Shown here one piece after another: positions 23,792 to 39,200 of a stretch of 64,000 bases of DNA. This DNA is from Catajapyx aquilonaris (taxonomy: Eukaryota), in assembly GCA_000934665.2 (NCBI GenBank), contig KZ538002.1, forward strand, positions 1 to 64,000, read 5' to 3'. Both the position numbers and the translations under genes were made by a program. Position 1 is the stretch's first letter; each line of letters begins with the position of its first letter. The notes below the pieces were generated by a model. It was not told the DNA's origin. It searched no databases and saw nothing but the letters and a program-made list of their open reading frames with translations.

Positions 23792-25130
23792 TCAAGGTTC
23801 ATATGAAGGGTTGTCGATTCCGCCTCTGTCTTGTCCACTGGATTCTTCACAATGAACTGTGGGTGGATCATAGTCAGTGTTAATATTCACCTCCATGTGC
23901 ATCTCATATGGGACTGGGTGGCAGTCTGCTGTCACTTGGCAGGCAGGACCATCCAAGCAGTTGTTAGCAACATGCCGGTCATCATCCATGCATTGCTTGA
24001 TATTGCCATGCCCGTGGGGATCATTCCAGGCAGGTTCAAACACCACTGACCTTGTCTCACCAAAAGTGCATCTCTTGGAGCTTGCCTCGCCTGACCACTT
24101 GTTTCTGGACAGCTCTTCCTCCTGATAAATACATAGTAATGTTATATACATACAGTTACAATGGGCATCATTGTAACTCTCCTTCCATCTGCCACAGTTT
24201 AATATGTGGAAAGTTATAAAGTACCTTTTCAGTTGAGCTTGTTGCTTGCATCCGCCTAGTGACAGGTGAAGGTATGCTGCATAAGGACTCATGGCTTAGT
24301 GTATATGGCGTGCTTGTTTCTAAATTGGCCTTACTGTTGTTGAGTGATTGTTGCTCACTCATATACTGAATGAAACAGCCCTAGAGGGAATAAGTGGATG
24401 TTAAAGCATGTTAGTGTGACTCCAAAATCCTTGCAGGTAGGAAAAGAGCAAGTGTAATTTTGGCCATTTAATGAGCTTATTTTTATTTTTATTGTCTTAA
24501 TTTTGGAACACCTTGTGTGGTAGAGTGATTGGAGGAATGTCTACCATACACATGAAAATGCATACTTACACAGGGGATGATATCTTAATCATAATTACAG
24601 CAAAACCAAGAAAAGTCTCCATGTTTATTCACAGAAGAAATGTTCTTACCTTGAGTATTTGGAGCAGTCTTTTTTGTAGGTCAGGGTCAAACTGACTGTT
24701 GTTGACCCTGCTCTCCTGAGCATTGACCTTCTCCTCAAACTCCTTGAGGCTGGCCTTCCTGAGCTTGCTGGGCTGCATAAAATATCCATGGGGGATGCCA
24801 TTGTACTTATTGGCATCAGTCAGTGAGTCAATTTGCACCATTAGCACTGGGTCAGTGTGCTCTGAGAATTTGAGGCCATTGTTCTGCATAAGCCAACGGT
24901 GCTTCTCCAGTGCAGGGCCCCAGTCTTCTGCTGGCTGGAGCATCTTCTTTATACCCTATCAAATTCAACTCTTGCATTATTATTCAATTTGTTGGTGCCA
25001 AAATGCCCAACAGAGCTGTGATATGACAGTTCTGTAGTTTGGCTCTAGTTGGCCCACCCAAACTCAAGGATGGCTAGTATTATCAAGGGAACAGATTAAT
25101 CTGGTCTGCAGTAGGGACATTCTATTAGTT

Positions 25131-25197
<67 letters not shown>

Positions 25198-28100
25198 TTA
25201 TGATTTATTATAGAGGGTGGTTCTCAAAAGTAACATTAATTTTTCAACTACAGGTATATAGGGTCATTATTATTATTGTTGTCATTCTCCTGCATTCAAT
25301 GGCATGGGAGCCGGAACAGATTTCATGTGGCTTAATTTTGGAATACCTAAATAATTGATTTAAAACTCAAGTGAGTTGTTCATAAGATGTGTTATTCCTC
25401 TGTTAACACATCTGTCATCATTGCATAAGTATCGCCCATGCTTGTGTAGCATATGCATGGTGTTCCATTAGTTTACACTGGATCACATCCTTTGAAGACC
25501 AGATTTTCAGAACTGTCAGGGTCACAGTTTGGTAAAAACTGAGTTATGTATCATGCATACTCTCTGATGGTCAAGTCAGTTTTGTGTCACAGCCCTAGAT
25601 AAATGGTTTAATAATGGATAGTATTAATATTCAAGCTTCAAAACATCCCACCTCAAAGTTTTGAAATGTGACTGAATCTTGGATAGTTCTGAAGATAGCT
25701 CAAGTACCGTACTTAAGAATGCAGAAAAATGAGTGGTAACACTGCTGCTGCCCAAGGGCAAAAAGTGTCTATTATCTGCTTTGAACAGTGTGACAACCAC
25801 AGTGTTGTTGGAAGCAGCTGATGCTCCATACATCGTCAATAATATATCGTGTTGTGATTGATGGTTTGGTCATTGCCACCACTTGCAGTTCTCACCTATG
25901 TTCCTCAGTAGTACCCATTAAAAGTTAGCATATTATTTTTATATTGACTACAAAATAATGTTCAAGACTATCCCTTCCCCCCACTTCTCAATTTTATGTA
26001 CTCTGGCATTCTGATGCCAAACTAGATAGATATCATTATGTCCTAGAAGAAGTTATGAACGATTGCCTATGAGTTTTGTGAATATGTGCCATATTTCCAC
26101 AGATATCCGAGTTCCTCTACTTTCTCCCCAGTCCACATGTACTGTACTGTACAGTATAGGCCTATTACAGTACAGCTAGCTTACAGTTAGATACATTTGA
26201 ACTCAATTAATGCTGATTCTTACCCCATCTGATGTATCTCCACTGCAGAAGATATAGACCATATATGCTGGCATGGAGAGTATGATGAGACTTGACAAAA
26301 CCCATCCAATGACATTGGCCCACAGGGGCATCTCATAGCGGCCATAGCGTGGGAACTGGTAGTCTCCAATGGCAAATATGAATATGACTATTAGGGTGAT
26401 TGGTGAGATGTATTTCCACAGGATCTGCCAGTACTTCCCAGGTTTCCGACCAAGCATGGCTTCCATGTCCTCGCACCACTTGTCCAGGCCATACACCCAA
26501 GTAATGGCCACACTTTCCAAGACCCCTATTACTAAACTGGGCCATGATCCAACATAAGTGTCCATTATGGTGATGAGGAAAATTCCACTCTGAAATTTAA
26601 GAAACAGTGGAGTACTCGAAGTGTCCGTTATATATTCTTACATATCTGAATACCTACCAAGAAATGTTTTTGTGGACTTAAATGTCTTACCCTTGTAGTT
26701 AAGATGATTCCACCGAGAAAGAGAACAGTGCAGACAAGAGCTAATACGTAAAGTTTCCGCCTTCTCCACAACTTAGGATTTTCATCTATAATGGCAGTGG
26801 TAACTGTTTCCACAAGGAACAGCTGTGAGTCCAATCCGAGGGTGACCAGAAGTAGGAAAAAAAGTAGTGACCACACAGTAGGTACTGGCAGGAGGGTCAG
26901 AGCATGTGTCACTACTATGAATATCAGTCCAGGACCTGCAGGGAAAATTGAAGACTTGTGTCATAATTTCAAAAGTGTGCCAATAATAGTCTGACTAGAG
27001 TAACCATTCCTAAGATTGGATATGGCATATGAGGAAAAAAGTGTCCCTATATAAGTAGGTGTCACATATTGCTCAAGAATCTGCTTCAGTGTATATGAAC
27101 TCATCATGTATAAAAAATGTATATGTCTTTTTTACAAAAGGGAATTTCTGAAAATGCTTGCACTTAAAAGCTGTGTGCGGACAAGAACTACAGTACGTGT
27201 TCCAGCTTTTTACTTTCACTGCTGAGGATTTGCCTACTTAAGGTGTTCTCATATTAGGCTTGGTCACAGTATTACCCTCACTGACAAAAACATTTGGGCA
27301 CCCAAATGAACCATCCAATAACCGTGAAAGTTGGTAAGCAGCAATGTCTATAGGGCTGATCGTGTGAGTGTCAGACAAGCATGAACAACAGTAACTGTGT
27401 CCACCATCCTAAGAGATGTGGAAGTTTTTTTAAAATTATTGTACCTGTCTCATAACTCACTGTTGATGCAGGTATTGCATTTTCATTTGCTACAACATAT
27501 TTGTGATAGCTTCAACCCCAATTAAATAGTTTAGCTACAGAATGCCTGTCTTGTCTCAATTACAAAACTTTATGGAGTTCTATTATAGCAGAATATTTTT
27601 GGGGATGTAGGTAATTTAAGTAGATGCTTACCTTCCTCAACAACTTGTGATACATCTAGATCGAGTGAATAAGCCATATATCCCAAATGGATGAACACCA
27701 CTAGCCCAACCAGAATGCTTAATACTGTGTTTGTTACCACTAAGACCATGGCGTCCTGATAACACCTGCAAAAGAAAATCAAATATACAGTAACTACAGT
27801 TTAAGGGTCAAAGTGGTTATGAAGCTTAAAATGTACAAAAAGTTTGAACTGATTATATTTACCAATCATAATACTGTAGGTTTGTAATCTAGAAACATAC
27901 CTGTGATGAAACCTGCTGTAACTAGCCAGAGTGACCAGTCCGCCTATGCAAGGTCCCAAAGTATAAATTAACTGTGTAGCAGCATCAAGCCATACCTTCA
28001 AATCATAAGTTGTATTAGTGACAACAACAGCTATCAAGTACCGAGTAACTTACAGATGCCGAAAGCAGCTTGTCCAGGTCTGGCTTGAAGAAGTACTTGA

Positions 28101-31100
28101 GACCAATCTGGTATCCATCCTGGGCTAGACCTATGCCCAGCAGGACAAACAAAGCCAAGAATGGGAAAGAGGCCGTGAAGATTGCCACCTGAAATGAGAC
28201 ATAGTAAATAGTTCGTCTATACAAAATTGCAATTGTGAAGATCTAGGGGTTCATAATACTGTAATGTATCTTATTAAACAATAAATGAGCTATCATAATA
28301 CACTCAGAGTGCTGAACTTTTCTCATTTGTGTTGCTCTTATACAAAGAAGCACCAAGAGCTTGGAAGCACTAATAAACAGGACGATGCTAGATGAACATG
28401 GGCTGACAGTGAGAAGGTCATGCATGGTCATGCAAATACACATACCTTTCCGCTTGACTTGACCCCACGTATAAGAGACAAGAGTATGAAGAGCCACAGA
28501 GTGATTGAGCACAAGACTAGCTGCCAACTTGGGAGACCCAATCCTTCGCTGAGACCCTTGGATGCATGTAGGACATAATGACTGAAATGGTATTCCCACA
28601 AAAATATTAGAATCGGTTGAAAAGCTAATTAGTATAAAGGCATTTCTACTCACTGGAAGTATTCGTCACTGGGCACCCGTTTTGCGTAGACTCCGTCCAG
28701 ATTGGACAAGTCCAAGGTTTCGTTGACATCTTCAACTTCCAGCCTGGACTTGAAACTGGCCGAAATTTCTGGTCAAATCAGTAAGGAGCGGACCTTATAA
28801 TGACGATATACAGTAGATTCAATACACAAGGGACAGTCAAAAAGTTCGCACCCGTGCGACACGGTAGGTTCCTTACCGTGGCACAGAATCGCCCTGGACG
28901 CTAGAGGGTTCAGTAGATGACAATTTATTTAGATGCCATTGGCTGCACTATATGTCAAAAGCTACGTCTGTGTTACGGCTTACGGGAAGGCCCGAGGCAC
29001 TTCGTTCACAGAATTCCAGCCCTTTGCTGGTACTTCGAGCATACCCGAAAACTTTGGCTAAATAGTGATTAGCGGTATCGAAATAAGTGGATAGTGAATA
29101 ACCCAAGATTACTTTTTGCACGTTGTGACTCTCACGCCACAGAGTTCTGCCATGCTTTGACTCTCTGGAATACATTTACATTTATCCATCTGGTGCAGCC
29201 AGCGTCCTCCAATTTTGTCCTTCGGTGTGTATTCAGTAATAGTGTAGTATGAAGTCCCCATGCTCTAACGGGCAGATCGGATGGCCCATGGCCCAAAACC
29301 CCGTATCTTCTAAAATCGCGTAAATGGAGATAGATGCACCATTGTACTCCTCCGCTTTGTAAGCCACACCTTTTGGTACAAAGCTCGCAACTGTAGGAGC
29401 AACCCTTGCAAAGTTTTGGCCAATTGAAATCATGCACTTCCATATACGATAATGGAAACAAAAAACTTCAAACGCGAATATCTCGAAATGACAAAAAGCT
29501 AGGACCGTCAGAGATGTACAGTACATGTGTACAGTAGTACTGCATGTTATAAATAGTATGCATTTTTGCATTAAGTGCACCTGCATATCCGCGCTATCTT
29601 ATGAGAGCCTCTGCGTTATTAAAAACCAGGCTTGAAGTGGTTCTTCTTACCACAGCCTTCAACCCCGGATTTAGACTTTCCCCACTTTCCCCTACGAGAA
29701 GAGTTTCGATGGGTTTTCTCCGGGTTCGCGTTTTATTTTCGTCTGGATTATCACGTTTTCTTCTACAAACCATCAGCAAAGGCGTAGTCATTGAATAAAA
29801 TCCGATATTTAAAAAAGGATCTCCTAAATGACCACAGGTAACCTATCACAGTGTCACCTATTATATTGAAAAATAAGTAATGCCAACTTCTTATTTATTA
29901 ATCCAGCACGGATATTAATAAAATGGAATACATTATTAGCATTACCGTGTACCAAGAGATTTTTTTTTATGTGGTGGTGACGCTGATGTGGCAGAGGGAA
30001 AAAAAAACAACAAAACATGCAGGCACACATGGCACCCACCATAGAGATTACATAGGACTATAGCCTATTATTTATATAAAAATGATTCGTTGATAAATAA
30101 TACGGCGTCTCATTTATCAGAAGTTTCTATAGTATAGTGACTTTGCACCATTAGTAAATATTCACCGCTTTCTGAACCCTCTATACTCTACTGTAGGAGT
30201 CGCCCAATGCGTCAAACTAATATTATGCTATGTATGCGTCCGACAAAAACATTATGATTTAACGCAAACGCATTGCTAGCCCTGTCCAACTCATATTGTG
30301 TGTCCCAGAAGTAATACACTTTCGTTTCCTGATGCCATTTCTCGAGGGCTCCGGATATCAGGACACTGATGCTTGACCAGGTCCTACGCAAGGTGTTCCT
30401 AACTCGTGTCTTAGTTCAGTGAGTGATTTTTTTCCATGCATTAAACATTATTATCAATAAGCAGTTACTTTCAGGGAATATATAAGGCTCTTAATAACAA
30501 GCAGCTAAGCGCGAAAGAAATATCTAACTGAAACGGACAGTCAGTTTGTAATACCCTGTATTTATGTGCTATGCCTATATTCAACAGGTGCTAGAGAGGC
30601 TATCATCGGACGGACCCGAAGCCACTTTTGATCATTTAAGATAGGACCTCAAAACAACCTAGCTGGATTTCCAGAGTCAGTTCCCGATGCTTCCAAACAT
30701 CAACAACTCGAGTAGTCAATATTGACAGGAAACATGCGGGTTCAGATATACTATACGTATACAAGTACACCTTGCCGATGCGACTGGAATCTAAGCTGGA
30801 TCGCATTAATTCTGCAACACACAGTGGATACATTTCGCAATTTTAGGGAACAACCATCTGAAGCGTGTTAAAATCTTGGGTAGGTGTGGCAAAAAAAAAC
30901 AAACTCAAAACAGCTTTACATAATAATAACACAGGCACTCCCTGCGAATAGTGGAGTCTAGAAATAGACAGCAGAATGCACTCAGCATAAACGTCGTTTA
31001 AAATCCACAGGAAAACAAGTGTGATTGACTCTTTGATTGACAATACAACTGTGTGAGAGAAAGAGTTAGATATTGACCTGTGGTGATGTTTGTGCACGAC

Positions 31101-34100
31101 GGGGTGTTCCAAGAGTTTCCACATGTGGCCCAAGGTAACTCTTGCTGCATGGACGCGAACAGGTAGAAGAGCGCCCAAGAAAGGATTACGTTGTAGTAGA
31201 CTGCGATTAAGGCTGACACAGTCACCATCGCATAACCAACGCCTGCACATATACACAAACAATATATCATTACGATCGATCTTCTTGTTGTTGTCATTGT
31301 TGCTGACCTTTGAACAACGGTGCGCATTTCCAAATGGTGACTGGTCCTAGGCTGGCGAACTGTCCGAAAGCTAGCTCCAGATATGCCAAAGGCAGTCCGA
31401 AGAGCATCATCAGAATGAGGTACGGAATGAAGAAGGCCACTGTATGGAGACAAATGGAGAGAAAAATAGAATTGCACAGTTGCACGGTTACGTCACTCTG
31501 TACGTATATACTGCCTACAGCGTGATGCATTATATGAGGACCGGGGCTGGAAGTGGCCTCAACGAGTTGATTGACGATTCTTGTTCTTCAATTGACAGCC
31601 AGGAAGCGGCCGTTTCATTTATACTGATGGCAAATGTACAACGACATTTGACTTGCAAGAGCTCTCGGTGACTCTCAAGTCTCTCGTGGGCATTACCCTC
31701 CAACTCTATTGCATGTACTTGACGAACACCCTGTACTAGTTTACTGGATGAGCTTTGAATCTATACAAGTCATTCACATCAATTGTACGAGCAGCTATAG
31801 ATTTATCTGTAAAAATGTAGATACGTCGATAGGGGAGAAGCAACTGTGATTTGGTGTACACTGTACTTGTACACAGCTATACTGTATAACTTCAAGAAAT
31901 ATTGTGAAAATCTTCTGCCCTTTTTAAAAAAACCATATGCTAATACTGCATACATCAGGCTACGGTTTTGGGGAAGGTCTGGAGGCTGCGAATTTTCAAT
32001 TCCTTTAGCTGAACACACCTCTACTATATCTCAGACTGCTGCCTGTCATTTGGTGCACTTTTACTGCCCGGTAGACCGCACAATATACTGGAAGAAACGT
32101 ATTCATGTCCGTTTGTTTACAAAACTGCTCAGTGTTTAACAATAACTGGGAAGCGGTTTGGGCACGTCTGGTGCTCAATTCCAACCGCTTCCAAGCCAAT
32201 CAGCATAAAGAGACAAGCCAAAAAAGTAAAAGCTGGGTCTTCAAGATGAGCACTGATAACAATATTCATGACGGCAACTCTCTCGCGACGATATTGTTCT
32301 GCTCACGCACAGGAAGATAACGCACGACCTCTCCCTGGCCAAAACTATTGTCATCACAACCGAGTCTATTTTTCCTCATCAATGAACAACCTTCCAATTT
32401 GGAAGCACAAATAAACAGAGAGCAAGGTTACGCCAGAATGGAAACTTCGCACACATCGCATTATTTAATGCCATGTGAAAAGAGGGCAAAAAAAAAATCA
32501 CGTAACCATAGCAAGGTACGCTAAGCTAATTATACAGATACAATTGCCCTTGTGATGTAGCCGCGGTCAGGATTTCCTACTTGAATCCAATGCTACTTCA
32601 CTTGATCGCATTACATGGAGGAGCGGATCATGTTTAGGGTCTATATGATGACATGGACCGAGCCGGTCATTTTGCAGATGTGAAAGAGATAGCTTTCAAA
32701 ATGCGGCTTCCCCTTTGGGAAATGATAATAATTTGGACTTACCCCCTCCGTGCCTGTGCAGAAGGTATGGAAACCTCCACATATTTCCCAGGCCCACGGT
32801 GAATCCCAGGAGTGATAGGAGCGTCTCTAGACGACTGCTCCAATTGCCTCTTTCAGTGTTTTCGTCATCGCCCCATTGGCTCGACATGTCTGATTCAGCC
32901 TGAAATGTCAGAAGATCAGGTGAAATCACATGAAACGAACTGGGAATATTTTAATGTAGCACAAATACTTCATTTAAGACGAAACTGTATCACTCTTGCA
33001 CTGACCTGAACCAAGCATGTATAACTGACAGGCACAATCGCGAGTATGGAGTCTACCAGAAAGGGTGTCGGTGCACAAAGCAAGACTAACAGTATAAGAT
33101 ACAAAGGCACCAAATGCATCTGTTGCAATTGACGTAGACGATGTAAAGGCCGAAGACTGCAGTTGTACAGTGTTGTCATGTTACATAACTGAATGATAAG
33201 TGACTGCACATACACGCTCTTGGATATGCAGGTCTACTATTGTCGTCCGCATCACATTTTGCGCGCATGTAACCCAGACTTGCTACACATTATTACGCGA
33301 AGAAGTGCATGTACTGTATGATAATAATCAACTAATCAAGAGTAATATTTTTCCATATTGGTTCTCTCTCTTGTAAGTCCACATGTCAAATTGGACGAAT
33401 ATGTTTTCTCTCCATTTTTCCCCCTTCAAAATTGGGGTAGGCCCTACGCTGGTATAATTTTATCTTCCAATAGACGTGTTCCAGAATGGTTTTTGCCATG
33501 GACCGCCAAATTTTTATTGGAATTTGTTCCTGATAATGTAACATGAAAAGTGAAACTCAGTCTTATCTTGTCTATTCCGTTATTGCAAAAATCCCCATTT
33601 GAAATGTGCAATTTTGATATTTTTTATATGAAATTGCCACAGGAAGTGATATGTATCTGAGATCATTTGTATGCAATTTTTTAGCAACGTTAGGTAACGT
33701 CCGATTTGTCGAGTTGCATATAGTTCAGTAGGTTATACAGTATTTTGCGAAATTAATAATTTTGTAACACTACACCGGTTACACAGGTTCAGGCCCTCAC
33801 AAATGGGTAATACAAGGGAAACTATGATCTTGGACTCATAGATTTCATTACTAATTACAGTTTAAGGGAAAAATTTGCAACTCGCAGCGAAATTACTTAT
33901 CAGTGTCATAAATTAAAACAAAAGATGATCTAAATTTCCTGGAGCTTCCTGTGGCAATTTTATAATGACAAATTCAAAAATTGCGAATTTCCATTTCGGA
34001 TTTTTGTAATGCCGGAATAAATGCGACAAAACTGAGTTTCACTTTTTTCATCTCTCATTATTATAGAAACAACATACTTTCACTAAAAATTGTGGCGGTC

Positions 34101-36238
34101 CACGGCAAAGGTGCGAAAGCACAATGATTCTCATCTTTTTTTAAAAGAAACAAAGGACAAAAAAAGAAGCCCCTGCACATTGATCACGCGTCGTATAATG
34201 CTCACAGTTCATAATATTTTATTATGATATCAGTATGAGCATATTTTGTCAAAATGGCTTGTCGCTTGCAGTTGGCCTACATGTCCTTCTATGCCAGGGC
34301 AGGGGATAGACTGGTTAAATGGTTAACTTACACTTAACTCTGGGTAATCCAGTCGCTAGTGATTACCTTGGCCCAGTACAAGCCTCAGTACACTGTAGGG
34401 TTTGGAAATGTCCTGCCACATTATTTGTGAATTTATTTCCTCGTAGAGCCAATAATATACCACCTAAGCTACATGCTTTCTGATACTGTAATTCTCACAA
34501 AAATACAACCAATAAATAATAATACAATATTATCATATTTCTCCAATATAATTTTTGCTGAAGATTGAAGGGTAGCGTGAACTGTGTTTTGGCGTAAACC
34601 GATATTACAAAGACAGACTCTCGGTTTCTTCTTGCCAGTTGTAGCATTGAAAGCTCAATTCAATTTGTAGGTACTTTTCATGAAAATGAGGTGTTTGGGT
34701 CTTCACAAAATGCATGTCATTTCCAAGAAGTCTTATCCCCACTGCTACTACAATATCCCAAAATATCTCAAATCCTTCCACCCAGAGTGAACAACCACTA
34801 AATAGTGGCGTTTAATTTCTTAGTTAAATTGTTTTTCCGTGATTATCGTGGTACAAGTTAGAGTGCACCTCTACTGAAAACCGAGGCAGGCGCCAAAACT
34901 GCATGAAAATTCTAACTTATTTACTAATCGCTCCGACAAAATAGGATGTCTCCACTGCCCCCTACACTAGTGACATGGAGTGCTAAGAACGGAAAATAGT
35001 GTACAAAAATCTCTGTCAACAAAGATTATACTTCGGGGAAAGTGATTTTTTAAATGGTTTCAGGAATCTTGTAAAAATCTTGAAGGTGCCCTTTGTGAGT
35101 TTGTGTGAGTAATTTTTTAGCACTGGATAATTCGTATAGACATCTCTACACGACCGATCTCAGAGATGATCATTGTGTCTTGAGGCAATATCTGACATTA
35201 TTCGTCAAATGAACTTTTATTATGAACAGTCAGTCTGGCAAGAAATAGCTTCGAATAGTTGACAAGAGACGTTAACCTCTAAGGGTAACTTCAGAGAATC
35301 TGAGATGTTTGCCGGATTGGGGTTGAACGGACTGAAACAATGCTTCTTACCCTGCTGGCTTCCAAGTCTTCGTCCTTCTTATCTGTCGTGGACTCAAATG
35401 GCGTGGTGGGCGTCGACGGCGCCGGCGACGAACATTCCGGCACTTGCAACAACTGCAATCTGCTGGGAGCATCCAACCTCCTGTCTGTCAGGGTTGGCAA
35501 CACATGCATTTCCAATGATGTGTCTGGACTTTGCATCTGAGGGAGACCAGAAGATAGAAATGTCTTCTTTAACACCTGCACTCAGAGCTGCAACGCACCC
35601 ACCCACGCACATATACACCTCACACTCATGTGCAGTACTTGACAAACTTGGGAGAGGAAAAAGGAGGTCAGTAGGTATTTAACCTGCCGTGAATTTTAAA
35701 TCAGGGGTAGTTTAGGTGACGGGGGCAGGGGGTATTTGCTAGGGGAAAATATATTACCACTGGGATGTAACATTGCGACTTATCGCCATGACGTCTGGAA
35801 ACTTTCTGGGGTTTTCAGAAGGGTTGAAGTAAGGAAGTGCCTGCGGTTATGAGGTTGTTGCTGTCTATATACCAGAATTGATTCCCAGAAATAAGAATTT
35901 GGGAATGGATATGACGTGTGCACTTTACTGTCCTGGTTACGAGCGAAGCCCGGAGTTATTACGTCTTTATAGCCTGCCAAGTTAGACTGACGTCAAAATT
36001 CAGCATAAATCATGTCCACGCACCAATAAATTCTTATGGGATTCAAAATATTCGCCTACCCAAATATGGTAACTGCAAAATATATATTTAACTCCTACTT
36101 CATAACAATACGTAATTGAGAATCTTGTTCATTACGTACCTCGTCATCTTTAAGGTTCGCCATATTTGTGGTACCAACTCCAGTCTGGTCCGGCGTCCTC
36201 ACGTTTGCTGGCTCCGTAATTTTTGAAGCCATCACCAT
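23792..36238 (-). CDS. SLC6 (NSS/SNF) sodium- and chloride-dependent transporter, glycine/proline-transporter-like, 14 coding exons, ~866 aa
   Basis: Exons (minus): 36238-36140, 35536-35351, 32899-32743, 31439-31308, 31242-31078, 28768-28654, 28581-28446, 28188-28054, 27995-27901, 27765-27632, 26935-26691, 26589-26224, 24955-24650, 24121-23792. All GT..AG and phase-compatible. Motifs: [70 protein letters not shown]. The two 5'-most exons are less certain. Confidence 0.9.
25130..25198. repeat. (ATTT)n microsatellite
   Basis: Direct reading. Confidence 0.95.
33492..34109. repeat. Diverged inverted repeat (old MITE) in an SLC6 intron
   Basis: tttgccatggaccgcca...aaaagtgaaactcagt...aaattgccacaggaag versus cttcctgtggcaattt...actgagtttcactttt...tggcggtccacggcaaa. 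Confidence 0.65.
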
Positions 36239-39200
36239 TTAATGTACGAGTGCCTGAAAGGTTAAGCCAGATGTTTCACCTCATTACCAGCAGGAATCCT
36301 TCCGTCCAAGTGACCTGAGAATAAGATAGGGACATGCCAAAATTATTTGAAAATATTTAGGTTAGGTGTTGTTGTTGGGGCCAACCGTAGCTTAAAATAA
36401 TGTATTGGCGAGGTCGAGGATCTACACGGTATGTCAATAAATCGGTACCGGTCGGTATGTGGTCATGGAACACACGAAGATTTTTTTAAATTTATTTTTT
36501 GCAAATAGGACTACCGACATTTAGTAGCTTATTATTGCTCTTGTCGATGTGTTGAGTGTCTTCTCAACAACTAATTTATAGCGAGCGATAAGAGGTAGTT
36601 ATAAAGTCATAATTTAATTTCCGAGTGGATAACAGATTAACCGAGAGTGTCATCAACTGGGGATAATATTTCCTACCCTCCCCCACACGCACGTACGCAC
36701 AAGTAGTTACCTTTCTTATGTAATCATGAATTTGAACAATGTTTTAACTGAATAAAAGGAAGACTCTTGATGTGAGACTACCAATGTTGAACAAAATCAG
36801 TGTTAAGTCTAATGCGTTAGGTTCTGTAATTCGGATGATTCCAATGGGTTCGATTCCCGGTGCCGACAGTGAACGTGTTCTGTACTGTACTGTACATTTT
36901 CTTCAGTAATTTCCAAGATAATTCCTAGATCTTCTGCGAATGGTCCAGCAACAGCAAGCATCCTTCATGTCATATTCTAGTCTTCTTTATACGTTATACC
37001 TTCCGCAATTTGGCCTTCACCTTCACTTCCTCTATCCTAGTGTGGGGAAGTTGAGTTGCTGTTATCAATTTCGGCGACGATGAGGCTCTTCCGAGCCATA
37101 AAACCTGTATCCCTAATACTGTACAACAACAACCTAACGTTGCATGGCAAGAAGAAAAGCTGTTTCTCAGAAAAATCCCCCTGAGCATCTTTCATGGCTG
37201 TAAGTATTACACATCCTTCTATGCTATGACGCTCGCAGTCGCACCGTAATAAATTATTTGTTAAAAATGCTGTAACTGATCCAAACAGTAAACAGTAAGG
37301 CGTCAAAATTAAGCTACAGTATTTGGTAAACTACACGCTGCATGCGCATGTTCCACCAAGTTACGTGCCAGATTCTATGAAGTAATAGGACATAATGCAG
37401 GCGTGAATTATACATTTTTTTAGTTTGTGGGAGAGAAGGTGGGGATATTGGCAATAAAACGTATCGCTTGGAGCCCACGCACTAGTTTTATCGCGGCCGT
37501 AAATCAAGGTTGCATTAATCGTGACATGAAAACAGAAGTCCTGAACAAAAGGCGAGAGGAATTTCTGCAGGTTAAGAGTTGATATGTTTATGAGACACCC
37601 TTGAAAGGCATGACAATGTAGGACTGATACCGGACTTGTGCAACTGTGACGAAGGCATGCGATATCGCCAAATCGGGTTATATTAACATTCCTTGTTGGA
37701 TATTCATAACTGCCGAGGGCCATTGTTACGGTTGCGATTTGGAAACTGTCCATAGTGTGCAACTTCTCCAAGACAATGAGGAACGTGATACTGAATAACG
37801 CTTGTTATCAGTCCAGATTGACACATTTAAACAGATGACAGTTGTGAAAAAGAGTCGACCAAGAATTGTAATCTAAATGACAGGATGGAGATATTTATAA
37901 CAATGCCTTCTATGACATTTTTGCTTTCAGTGACGTATCTTTGCACGAGAATGGGCTGTACATACTGTCCTGGTAAATATTTTCGACAAAATACCAAATA
38001 TATTAATCTACTTCTTTTGGCTGTAATTTGATCGCGTGCAGAGTCCCTGCTGTCATGAAATGTTCCAGTCGAGTCATATGTATTTCCCATTCACATAACA
38101 GACAACAATTTAAATTAGATAAAAAATACTAGCCTTCTTTCTCTCTCTCAGAAGTGGGCACACGCGATACCTAATAACGTAAGCCTTGCCCTGCGTCCAC
38201 TTCGTGCCCGAGCACGTGTGACGTGACATTGGGCACGTACAGGGTCGAGGACGGTTAACCTTGACCTCAATGGAGTAGTTTGAAGCCAAAAAAACAATGA
38301 AATATTGGTAGAAAACTCATTCCTACGTATGTCAGTTTAAGTTTCGCCCCGTGGATTCCGAAATGACGTGCGTCGTTTGCACGGCCGGTCATGGGTAACG
38401 CAACACTGGTCCAGTTCCCGCATACGCATCGTGGGCAATAATAGGATTTGAGTAGGATTGTAGGAACCCGGCCCGAGAGAAAGCAGCATGCAAATCAAGT
38501 GACATATGTGGGAGAAAGTGAGTGGGAGAGTGAAAAATCACTGTCCCAGATATAGGATATACTAAAAAGAAAGAAGAAAATGCAAATTCTAAAAGAACAT
38601 TTTGCGAAAGGAGCAGCGGTTCAGGTCAGTTTGCACCTGATGCGAGAAGGTAATTGGCTGTCAAGGTCGTTTTCACATGCAAACTGATGTAAGGTAACTG
38701 TGCGTTATTAGAGAACTGTTTTGACAGGTGTTTTGACTCAAAGTGGGAAATACCGGGTGCCATGGATCAAAATACATGCTTGCATATTTAGGCACAACGA
38801 ACTTTGATAAGTCATCATAAAAATGGATTGAAAGAAATAATAGTGTGGCAACATATTCTGCCTTAGTGTAGGTAATGTTTGAAGTGAAAGTGAGAGAAAT
38901 GAAACATATCCTTCGAAACAAATTAGTTTCTTTCGTTTGTCACTTTTTCTTTTATAATGTGAATTAATTGCAGACTGTTGATGAGCATAACTGGAGCTAC
39001 GCATCGTCTTTTGAACTTCGACATACAGTATAGCCTACATTTCTCCCGAAAGTAGTTACGCCACAAGTCAGCTGCCACCAAACATGTTGTCCGCCTCCAT
39101 TTTCATTATGTCATTTGCAGCTTCAGCTATTGTCAATTCATGGCTGGCAGTTAGATTATGACAAGATGGAGCAACTGTTGAGCTATGTAAGAAACAGTAG

